From Planctomycetota bacterium (GTDB lineage Bacteria > Planctomycetota > UBA1135 > UBA2386), in contig OZ245006.1 in NCBI GenBank assembly GCA_965223545.1, forward strand, positions 4,640,001 to 4,704,000: a stretch of 64,000 bases of DNA. Direction: 5' to 3'. Position numbers and translations under genes: made by a program. Below the pieces are notes generated by a model. It was not told the DNA's origin, did no database searches, and saw only the letters and a program-made list of their open reading frames with translations. Each line of letters opens with the position of its first letter. Position 1 is the stretch's first letter. Below are positions 47,623 through 57,088 of this stretch, in pieces.

Positions 47623-49353
47623 ATGCTGATCCTCTCCCTCCGCCTCGCGCTCGCGGTGGCGCTGTCGGCCGCGTTGGCCGCGCAGCCCGGCAACGTCTTG
47701 ATCGTCGTCGCCGACGACGTCGGCGTCGAGAACATCGGCTCCTACGGGGTCGGCGCAACCCCGCCGCCGACACCCAATCTCGATGCGCTCGCCGGGCGCG
47801 GCGTTTTGTTTCGCAACGCCTGGTCGTTTCCGGTGTGCTCGCCGACGCGTGCCTGCGTGATGACCGGGCGCTACGCGTTCCGCACCGGGGTCGGCGCATC
47901 GACGCTGTCCAACTCCAACGTCTTGGCGCGCTCGGAGGTGACGATCCCAGAACAGCTCGACGCCGAGCAGTCGGGATACACGCACGCGGCGATCGGCAAG
48001 TGGCACCTCTCCGATGAGCGCAACGGTGGTGCACTCGGTCCCAACATCGCCGGGTTCGGCCACTACGCCGGCACCATCCAGGGGATCGGCGACTACTACC
48101 GCTATCCGCTCACCATCAATGGCAGCACCCGCTGGGTCTCCGGCTACAACACGACGCGATTCGTCGACGAAGCGCTCGCGTGGATGCAGACCGCGCCGGA
48201 GCCGTGGGTGTGCTACCTGGCACTGAACGCCGCGCACAAGCCGTTCCACGCGCCGCCGGCCGCCTTGCATTCCTACGACCTCACCGGCCTCAACCCGGAC
48301 ACCACCCCGATCCCGTTCTACAAGGCTTCCATCGAGGCGATGGACTCGGAGATCGGCAGGTTGCTGGGTGGGCTCGGTGGCCTCGTGGCCCGCACCGACG
48401 TGCTGTTCTACGGTGACAACGGCACACCGTCGTTCGTCGCCGAGGCGCCATACACGCCCGCTACGGTGAAGGGCTCTCCCTACCAGGGAGGCATCCACGT
48501 GCCGCTCATCGTCGCCGGGCCTTCGGTGACCTCGGGTGGGCGAGAAGAACAAGCGCTGGTCGGCGCGGTGGATCTGTTCTCCACCGTGCTCGATCTGTGT
48601 GGCGTTTCGGACGAAGTGGCGTGGCGCGCGATCGACGGCATCAGCTTCGCACCGCACTTGCGGCAGCCGGGGCTGGCGTCGTCGCGCAGCTACGCGTTCG
48701 CCGAGAAGTTCCGCGGCCTGACGCCGTTCATCGTGCCCAACGGTTGGGTGGCTCTGCGCGACGCGCGCTACAAGCTGGTCGCCCCGGTATGGGCGCCGCA
48801 GGAGCTGTACGATCTCGCCGCCGACCCCTTCGAGGCGAACGATCTGCTCACCGGTACGCTGACCCCGACCGAGACCGCGGCTCTCCGCGGCCTGCGCACC
48901 GAGCTGGCCCGGCTGCGCAACCCGCGGGGGTCGTTGCAGCCGTTCGGGACCGCGGCCTGCCTCGGCTCGGCGGGCGTGCCAACGATCACCGGGCTGCAGC
49001 AGCCGGCGATCGGCGGGTCCTATGCGATCGAGCTGCAGAACGGTCCCGCGGGCACGGCGTGCGTGCTGGTGTTCGGCGAATCCAACACCGTTGCCGCGGG
49101 CCAACCCCTGCCGATGTCGCTCGCACCCCTCGGCGCCGGCCCGGGCTGCATGCTGCACACGTCGCTGGAATTCGCGGTGTCGATGGCGACCGACGGCAGT
49201 GGTCGTGCCGTGGCGCCGATCGCGATTCCGCCCGCGATCAGCTTGCTCGGGATGCGCGTCCACCACACCTGGGCGGTGGTCGATCCGGCCGCGCCCAGCA
49301 ACCCACTCGGTGTGACCACGACCTCGGGGATCACCGCCGAAGTGGGGCTGTAG
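47623..49353 (+). CDS. secreted formylglycine-dependent sulfatase with shared C-terminal domain
   Basis: NVLIVVADD, CSPTR, GKWHL and GDNG. Confidence 0.92.
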   Translation: MLILSLRLALAVALSAALAAQPGNVLIVVADDVGVENIGSYGVGATPPPTPNLDALAGRGVLFRNAWSFPVCSPTRACVMTGRYAFRTGVGASTLSNSNVLARSEVTIPEQLDAEQSGYTHAAIGKWHLSDERNGGALGPNIAGFGHYAGTIQGIGDYYRYPLTINGSTRWVSGYNTTRFVDEALAWMQTAPEPWVCYLALNAAHKPFHAPPAALHSYDLTGLNPDTTPIPFYKASIEAMDSEIGRLLGGLGGLVARTDVLFYGDNGTPSFVAEAPYTPATVKGSPYQGGIHVPLIVAGPSVTSGGREEQALVGAVDLFSTVLDLCGVSDEVAWRAIDGISFAPHLRQPGLASSRSYAFAEKFRGLTPFIVPNGWVALRDARYKLVAPVWAPQELYDLAADPFEANDLLTGTLTPTETAALRGLRTELARLRNPRGSLQPFGTAACLGSAGVPTITGLQQPAIGGSYAIELQNGPAGTACVLVFGESNTVAAGQPLPMSLAPLGAGPGCMLHTSLEFAVSMATDGSGRAVAPIAIPPAISLLGMRVHHTWAVVDPAAPSNPLGVTTTSGITAEVGL

Positions 49354-49369
49354 CCGACGGAACGCGCGC

Positions 49370-49732
49370 TTACAGCGAATGCTCCCGCACCAAGAAAGCG
49401 GATGAGTTGGCGTGGTCGACGAACTTGTTCTCGTCTTCGAGGAGGGCGGCGGCGAGCTTCTGCCCTGCCGGAGAGCTCATGGCTTCCACCATCTGCTCCT
49501 CTGACTCGAACCACACTTCGGCGACTCCATCGTACTCGGCTTGCAGCCCTCTCGACGCGCGAAACTCATCATTGAGGGGTGTCGTGATCGTGTGAGACTG
49601 CATGTACCGCTGCGCGCGCATGTCGTCGGCATGCGCTTGGAAGAACGGACCGTGCTGGTTGAGCCAGTAGTCCTGAAACTGCTCGCGCGTCATTTCGGGA
49701 TTGCGGCGCAAGCACATCACCAACTTGATCAT
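49370..49732 (-). CDS. EthD-domain protein
   Basis: MTREQFQDYW...HGP, YDGVAEVWF and DE..FVD. Confidence 0.88.
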   Translation of the reverse strand: MIKLVMCLRRNPEMTREQFQDYWLNQHGPFFQAHADDMRAQRYMQSHTITTPLNDEFRASRGLQAEYDGVAEVWFESEEQMVEAMSSPAGQKLAAALLEDENKFVDHANSSAFLVREHSL

Positions 49733-49769
49733 GACGCGAGCGTAGATGAGGCGGCGCGGGCGCGCGAGG

Positions 49770-51046
<1,277 letters not shown>

Positions 51047-51050
<4 letters not shown>

Positions 51051-52315
51051 TGCGGCTCCTCCGGCTTCGCGTCGCCCGGCCGTCGGGTGACCCGCCGGGT
51101 GCGCTGCTCGAGCATCTCCTCCACCGCGGCGAGGTCACCGCCGCCGCGCGCCAGGGCGACCAGCGCGAAGTACAGCACGTCCGCGGTTTCCCACACGACG
51201 TCGGCGGGACCGTGCGCGTCGGCCAGCTCGCCGGCCTCCTCGATCAGCTTGGCCCGCAGCAGTGCTGGGTCGTCGAGCAGGCGGCGGGTGTACGAGTCAG
51301 CTGGTGCGGTTTGCACGCGGTCGGCCAGCGTGCGTGCCAAGGCGCCGAGCCCGCGCTCGTCGCCGAAACACGTCCGCGTGCCGAGGTGGCAGAAGCCATC
51401 GCCGTGCTGGCGGACGGTGAAGCGCAGGGCATCCCGGTCGCAGTCGAGATCGACGCGCAGCAGGTCCTGGCCATTGCCCGAGCTCTCGCCCTTCTGCCAC
51501 AGCCCGCGCTTGCGTGAGTGGTAGACGCCGCGTCCACGTTCCAGCGCCGCGCGCAGGCTGGCCTCGTCGGAGTAGGCAAGGCCCAGCGCGACGCCGCGTT
51601 CGTCGGCCACCAACGTCGGCCACAGGCCGTCGCGCCGGTCGCTGCGCAGCATCGCCACCAGCGCGTCGGTCAAATCGAACGCCTTGGTGTAGAGCGCCAT
51701 GCCGACTTGCGCATCGGCGCCGAGCCGGTCGATGGCCGCCACTTCGGCGGCGCTCTGCACGCCGCCGGCGACGGTCACGCGCGCGCTGCCGGCGCGCTGC
51801 ACCAGGTCGGCGACACGGCCGTGGTCCATGCCGGTCATGCGGCCTTCGCGCTCGACGAAGGTCAGCAGAAAGCCCCCGACCAACGGTGCCAGCTCCTCGA
51901 TGCGCTGCTCGACGCGCACGCCCGTCCGCTTCTTCCAACCCTCGACGACGATCTCGCCGTCGACGGCGTCGAGGGCGGCGATGACGCGGTCGCGCGGAAG
52001 CTCGGCCAGCAGCTCGGGCCGCGCCGCTGTGCCGAGGATGATCTTGGCGGCGCCGCGATCGAGCCAGGCGCGTGCGGTGTCGAGGTCGCGGATGCCGCCG
52101 CCGACGCGGCACGGATGGCGCTGCACCAGCTCCTCGATCAGTGCGCTTTGATCACCCGCTCCCATCGCCGCGTCGAGATCGATGACGGCGATCTCGCCGA
52201 CCCGGGCGAAGTGCTCGGCCAGGGGGCGCGGGTCGCCGGCTTCGATCGCCTTCTCGGCGCCGCCGACCAGCTGGACGGTCTGTCCGCCCTGCAGATCGAT
52301 CGAGGGGATGATCAC
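51047..52315 (-). CDS. hisAIE: trifunctional HisA-HisI-HisE fusion
   Basis: IIPSIDL…VGGGIR (HisA), HSR…W.KGESSG…DCDRD…CHLG…CF (HisI) and SYT…K..EEAGE…ETAD (HisE) in one frame from GTG 52315. Confidence 0.9.
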
Positions 52316-53070
52316 GTGCGCACCTCCACGCCCCATTCGGCGAGGGCCTTCTTGACGTCGCCGACGGTCAGATCGCCGTCGTGGAAGATCGACGCCGCCA
52401 GCACCGCGTCGGCGCCGGCCTGCAGCGCCTCGAGCAAGTGCCTCGGTTCGTTGGCGCCGCCCGAGGCAATGATCGGCACGTTGACGGCGCCGGCCATGAG
52501 GCGCAGCAGCTCGAGGTCGTAGCCGGATCGCGTGCCGTCGCGGTCCCAACTGGTCAGCAGGATCTCGCCGGCGCCGCGCGCAACCGCGTCCCGCGCCCAC
52601 GCCGTCGCCTCGGTGCCGGTCTGCGTCTTGCCGGACAGAATGATCACTTCGTAACGGTTGCGCTCTGCAACGTACGCCGCGTCCAGCGCAAGCACCGTGC
52701 ACTGCCGGCCGAACCGCTCGGCCATCTCCGCCAGCAGCTCGGGTCGCTGGACCGCCGCGGTATTCACGCTGACCTTGTCCGCGCCGGCGTCGAGCAGGAC
52801 GGCGGCGTCGTCGGCACTGCGCACTCCACCGCCGACGGTCAGCGGAATCGACAGCTGCGCGCGCAGCGCGCGCACGGTCTCGATCGCGGTCTTGCGCCCC
52901 TCGGGAGAGGCGGACACGTCGAGCATCACCAGCTCGTCGGCGCCCTGCGCCTCGTAGGCGGCCGCCAGCTCGGTGGGCGAGCCGGCGTCGCGCAGTCCCT
53001 GGAACTGCACGCCTTTGACGACGCGCCCGTCGCGCACGTCGAGACACGGGATGATGCGCGCGGTCAGCAT
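52312..53070 (-). CDS. hisF: imidazole glycerol phosphate synthase cyclase subunit
   Basis: RIIPCLDV...[23 protein letters not shown] and ASIFH. Confidence 0.97.
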   Translation of the reverse strand: MLTARIIPCLDVRDGRVVKGVQFQGLRDAGSPTELAAAYEAQGADELVMLDVSASPEGRKTAIETVRALRAQLSIPLTVGGGVRSADDAAVLLDAGADKVSVNTAAVQRPELLAEMAERFGRQCTVLALDAAYVAERNRYEVIILSGKTQTGTEATAWARDAVARGAGEILLTSWDRDGTRSGYDLELLRLMAGAVNVPIIASGGANEPRHLLEALQAGADAVLAASIFHDGDLTVGDVKKALAEWGVEVRT

Positions 53071-53666
53071 GCTTCGGTCTCCAGCCAGCGGCGCAACAAG
53101 TCGATGCCCCAGCGCCCCGACAGCTCGGGGTGGAACTGGCACGCCAGCACCGCGCCGTGCTCCATGGCGGCGACGAACCGTCCACCGTGGTCGGCGGTGG
53201 CGGCGTGCCAGCCTGGTGGCGCCGTCGGCAGGCGGTATGAGTTCGCGAAGTATGCGTAGCCGGGGCGCAGCAGCCGACAGTCGGCGGCCGGCGTGACGTG
53301 GTTCCAGCCGAACTGTGGTGCGCGCACGCCGGCATCGAAGTGAGCGACGTCGCCGGCGACGCAGCCGAGGCCGTCGACGCCCGGACTTTCTTCGCTGCGC
53401 TCGCACAGCAACTGCAGGCCGAGGCAGATCGCGAGGGTCGGTCGGCCAGCCGCGATGCGCGCCCGCAGCACTTGGCCCAGGTCCGCGCTGTGCAGCTCGC
53501 GCATGCCGGCGGCAAACGCGCCGACTCCGGGCAGCACCGCGTGGTCCGCGGCAGCGATGCGCTCCGGATCGCGTTCGAGTCGAGGCTTGCCGCCGGCGCG
53601 GCGCAGGCCGGCCAACACCGAGGCGGTGTTGGCCACTCCGGTGGGGATGACCGCGATCTCGCTCAC
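53064..53666 (-). CDS. hisH: imidazole glycerol phosphate synthase glutaminase subunit
   Basis: LPGVGAF, ICLG.Q and QFHPE. Confidence 0.96.
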   Translation of the reverse strand: MSEIAVIPTGVANTASVLAGLRRAGGKPRLERDPERIAAADHAVLPGVGAFAAGMRELHSADLGQVLRARIAAGRPTLAICLGLQLLCERSEESPGVDGLGCVAGDVAHFDAGVRAPQFGWNHVTPAADCRLLRPGYAYFANSYRLPTAPPGWHAATADHGGRFVAAMEHGAVLACQFHPELSGRWGIDLLRRWLETEAC

Positions 53667-54250
53667 AGCGTTCCCTTGGTGCTCGGCACCGCATCGCCGC
53701 TGGTGCGCGCGACGGCCGTGCGCAGCGCCAACGCGGTCGCTTTGAAGGCGGCTTCGGCGCGGTGGTGGTCGTTCTCGCCCCGCAGCAAGTCGACGTGCAG
53801 GGTGGAGCGTGCGGCAATCGCCAACGACTGCAACACGTGCCGCAGGTTCTCGCAGGCGATGCCGCCGAGGGCCTCGCGCGTCAAGCCGAGGTGGATCTCG
53901 TGGTGCGGGCGCCCGGACAAGTCGACGACGGCGCGCGCCAGTGACTCGTCGAGCGGCGCGTAGGCATGGCCGAAGCGCGCGATGCCGCGCCGTTCGCCGA
54001 GCGCCTCGTCGAGGGCCTGGCCGAGCGCCAGCGCGCAGTCCTCGGCGGTGTGGTGGTCATCGATCTGTAGGTCGCCGTCGCAGCGCAAGACGAGGTCGAA
54101 GCCGGCGTGGTGCGCGAGTGCGGTGAGCATGTGATCCAGGAAGCCGATGCCGGTCCGTACGTCGATTTGGCGGTGGCCGTCCAGGCACAGCTCGACGCGG
54201 ATTCGGGTCTCTTTGGTGTCGCGAGTGACGGTGGCAGAGCGGGGGGTCAT
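53663..54250 (-). CDS. hisB: imidazoleglycerol-phosphate dehydratase (monofunctional)
   Basis: R.TKET, DDHHTAED, NDHH.AEA.FKA and PSTKG. Confidence 0.97.
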   Translation of the reverse strand: MTPRSATVTRDTKETRIRVELCLDGHRQIDVRTGIGFLDHMLTALAHHAGFDLVLRCDGDLQIDDHHTAEDCALALGQALDEALGERRGIARFGHAYAPLDESLARAVVDLSGRPHHEIHLGLTREALGGIACENLRHVLQSLAIAARSTLHVDLLRGENDHHRAEAAFKATALALRTAVARTSGDAVPSTKGTL

Positions 54251-55992
54251 GGACACAGCTCCTCGATTTGGTCGACGTGGTCGAGCACGCGTGCGGCGCC
54301 GGCGCGCAGCAGGATTTCGCCGGCCTCACCATCGGCCGGTCCCTCGCCTGGTGCCAGCACTCCCAGCGGCACGACGCCTGCGGCGCGGGCAGCGCGCACG
54401 TCGTCCGGCGTGTCGCCGACCAACCATGCGTGCTCGACGTCGAGTGCGGCGAGCGCGGCGCGCACCGGCGCGGGATCCGGCTTTAGGGGCGCGTCCTCCA
54501 TGCAGATCACGGTGGCGAACACGTCCTCGAGCCCGTGATCGTGTAGGAATCGCTCGGCGTCGGCGCGCGGTCTGCCGGTGACGACCCCGAGGCGCGCGCG
54601 CCGCGCCAGCCGACGCAGACGGGCCGGATCCGGTAGCAGGGTCTCTTCGCGGTGCAGGCCCGGCTGATCTTCGTCGCCCTGGTAGAGCTTCTCGAACGCC
54701 TCGGTCACCTGGGCCAGCGTCGCGTCCCCGCCGGCGGCCGACACCAGCCGGTGGGTGAGCACCCAGTCGTTGTTGGCATCACCCGCCGCCTTGGCGGCGC
54801 GGATCGCCGCGGCGTCCACATCGACGCCGAAGTGCGCCGCCGTCTGCGTGATCGCTGCGCGGTACGAGCGCGACACATCCGCCAGCACGCCGTCCATGTC
54901 GAACAGCACGGCCTGCGGCCGGCACGTGGCGCGCAGTGCGTGGCCCAGCCGGGCGAATGCGGCGCCATCGCCCGGACAAGTGATGCGCACCGCGTCGGCG
55001 AGCGCATCGTCGCCGGGGAACACGCGCACCGCGATGCCGAGGCCGGCGAGGCCGTCGCGCAGCCATACCGGGTCGCCGGTGCGCGCCAGCGCGAAGTTGC
55101 CCTGACTGTCCGGGGTCTCCATGCCGAGATCGCGCAGCACCGCCTGCAATGCGCGGCGTTCGTCGCGCACCACGCCGACGTGATGGCGCGCGCGTTCTTC
55201 GCCGTCGCGCAGAGCGCGTTCGGCAAGGGCCAAGGACAGGCCGGACACCGAGAACGGTCCACCCGCCGCCCGCATCGGCCGCAGCAGGGCCGGCGGTCCG
55301 GCCCCGTAGCCGATCCGCAGGCCGGCGAGCCCCCACGCTTTGGAGACCGTGCGGACGACGATCGCGTTGGGCAGGGCCAGGGCGGCGGCGGTCAGATCGA
55401 CGTCGGCGTACTCGGTGTAGGCGAGGTCGACGATCAGCACGGCGTGCGGCGCCGCGGCCGACAAGGTCTGCAGATCGGCGGCGGTGGCGACGGCGCCGGT
55501 GGGGTTGTTCGGCGAGACCACCGTGACGATCGCGGTGTCAGCGCCGATGCGGGACAGCACCTCGTCCAGCGGATACGACCCGCCGGGCCAGTCGACGCGG
55601 TCGACTGCCGCGCCAGCCAGCGCGGCGTAGTGTGCGAACATCACGAACGTCGGCTCCGGCAGGACGATGCGACGTCCGGGCGCCAGGTAGGCGCGGCAGG
55701 CTCGGTCGATCACTTCGTCTCCGCCGGCCGCGACGAAGACCCGGTCCGGGGCGATGCCCATGCGCTCGGCCAGCGCCCTCTCGAGCACGGCGGGGCGCGG
55801 GTAGCTCCGCAACAAGCGCGGTGCGTCGGCGGCCAGGTCGGCGAACAATGCGGCGGGGGGGTGATCGCCCTCGTTGCCGGACAAGACCAGATCGACCGGC
55901 GCCAGGTGGCGCGGCGGCGCGTAGGCGTGGAGTCCGGCGAGCGACGGCACCGGCTGCGGGCTGCCGGCGGCGGGCGGTCGCGGCGCGGTCAT
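54247..55992 (-). CDS. hisC: histidinol-phosphate aminotransferase fused to a HAD phosphatase
   Basis: SPNNPTG and RTVSKAWGLAGLRIGY, then FDMDGVL, VTGRP, KPDP and GDT.DD. Confidence 0.92.
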   Translation of the reverse strand: MTAPRPPAAGSPQPVPSLAGLHAYAPPRHLAPVDLVLSGNEGDHPPAALFADLAADAPRLLRSYPRPAVLERALAERMGIAPDRVFVAAGGDEVIDRACRAYLAPGRRIVLPEPTFVMFAHYAALAGAAVDRVDWPGGSYPLDEVLSRIGADTAIVTVVSPNNPTGAVATAADLQTLSAAAPHAVLIVDLAYTEYADVDLTAAALALPNAIVVRTVSKAWGLAGLRIGYGAGPPALLRPMRAAGGPFSVSGLSLALAERALRDGEERARHHVGVVRDERRALQAVLRDLGMETPDSQGNFALARTGDPVWLRDGLAGLGIAVRVFPGDDALADAVRITCPGDGAAFARLGHALRATCRPQAVLFDMDGVLADVSRSYRAAITQTAAHFGVDVDAAAIRAAKAAGDANNDWVLTHRLVSAAGGDATLAQVTEAFEKLYQGDEDQPGLHREETLLPDPARLRRLARRARLGVVTGRPRADAERFLHDHGLEDVFATVICMEDAPLKPDPAPVRAALAALDVEHAWLVGDTPDDVRAARAAGVVPLGVLAPGEGPADGEAGEILLRAGAARVLDHVDQIEELCP

Positions 55993-56858
55993 GGCACGAT
56001 CTGCCCGAGCTTGCTGACCACGATGTCGGTGCCGCCATGGTTCTTGATGGCGAGGATCAACTGCGGCAGCTCCGCGCGCGGCACGGCTGCCTTGACCGCG
56101 AAGCCGTTCTCGCCGTGCAGCCGCGCGATGGTCGGTTCGCGCATGCAGGGCAGCACGGCGACCAGGCGCTCGAGGTTCTCCGGTGTGACGTTGACCTCGA
56201 GCATGACGCGCTTGCGCGCTTCGAGCACCGAACGCAGCAGCGTGGCCAGGTCCTCGATGCGCGCGCGGCGGTCCGGGTTGGCGAACGCTTTGCGACTGGC
56301 GTAGAGCCGGGTCGAAGAGCGCATCACCTCGTCGACGATCACCAGGCCGTTGGCCGCCAGCGTGGCGCCGGTGGCGGTGTTGTCCACGATCAGATCGGCG
56401 TCTTCCGGAGGGAACACCTCGGTGGCGCCGCGCGAGCGCACGAACCGATACGGCTGACCGCGCTGTTCGAGCCAGTCCACGGTGAGCTTCTCGTACTCCG
56501 AGACCACGACCAGCTCACCGTCCGGCAAGGCGCCGTCGCGCAGCAGCTCGCGCGGCGCGGCCGCCACCAGGCGCACGGGGTCGAGACCGGTGTCCAGCAC
56601 CTCGACGAGATCGGCGTCCAGCTCGCGGACCCAGTCCGCGCCGGCCAGGCCGACGTCGCGCGAGCCGGCGTGTAGCATCTCGATGATGTTGTGCGGCTTG
56701 AGGATCTTGACCTCGAAGCCGGGCACCGACAGCGTGGGGCGATAGCTGCGCGCGCCGGTGTGCATGTCGATTCCGGCCTCCGCCAGCAGGGCGGTGACCT
56801 TGGATTCCATTCGGCCCTTGGGAAGGGCGAGACGGATCGGCGTGGGCGACGCGCTCAT
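55989..56858 (-). CDS. hisG: ATP phosphoribosyltransferase (long form)
   Basis: ALPKGR, GATE and DLIVDN..TG.TL.ANGL; C-terminal regulatory domain. Confidence 0.96.
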   Translation of the reverse strand: MSASPTPIRLALPKGRMESKVTALLAEAGIDMHTGARSYRPTLSVPGFEVKILKPHNIIEMLHAGSRDVGLAGADWVRELDADLVEVLDTGLDPVRLVAAAPRELLRDGALPDGELVVVSEYEKLTVDWLEQRGQPYRFVRSRGATEVFPPEDADLIVDNTATGATLAANGLVIVDEVMRSSTRLYASRKAFANPDRRARIEDLATLLRSVLEARKRVMLEVNVTPENLERLVAVLPCMREPTIARLHGENGFAVKAAVPRAELPQLILAIKNHGGTDIVVSKLGQIVP

Positions 56859-56884
56859 GAGTAGGGTCGAGACAAGGGGCAGTT

Positions 56885-56916
56885 AAGTGAAACACGCCGG
56901 CGGGTGGGCCGGCGTG
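56885..56916 (-). terminator. putative his attenuator terminator
   Basis: 9-bp perfect stem CACGCCGGC/GCCGGCGTG followed by TTTCACTT, located between the leader and hisG. Confidence 0.7.
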
Positions 56917-56948
56917 CGGGGCAGCGAGAATGGGCAGTGCGCTCGCGC

Positions 56949-57014
56949 TCAGCAGGCCGGATCGGGAGGCCAATGCCGGCGATGATGGCGGTGCGATCGG
57001 GGCTGCAGGGTCAT
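56949..57014 (-). CDS. hisL: putative his operon leader peptide MTLQPRSHRHHRRHWPPDPAC
   Basis: 21-aa ORF with 4 His in 7 codons, ending 90 nt before hisG. Confidence 0.72.
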   Translation of the reverse strand: MTLQPRSHRHHRRHWPPDPAC

Positions 57015-57088
57015 GCGAGGCGCGACGGTAACGCGCGCTGCGGGCAATGCAATCCCCGCGGCGCGGCACCGGAACCGTCGGCCCGGGA

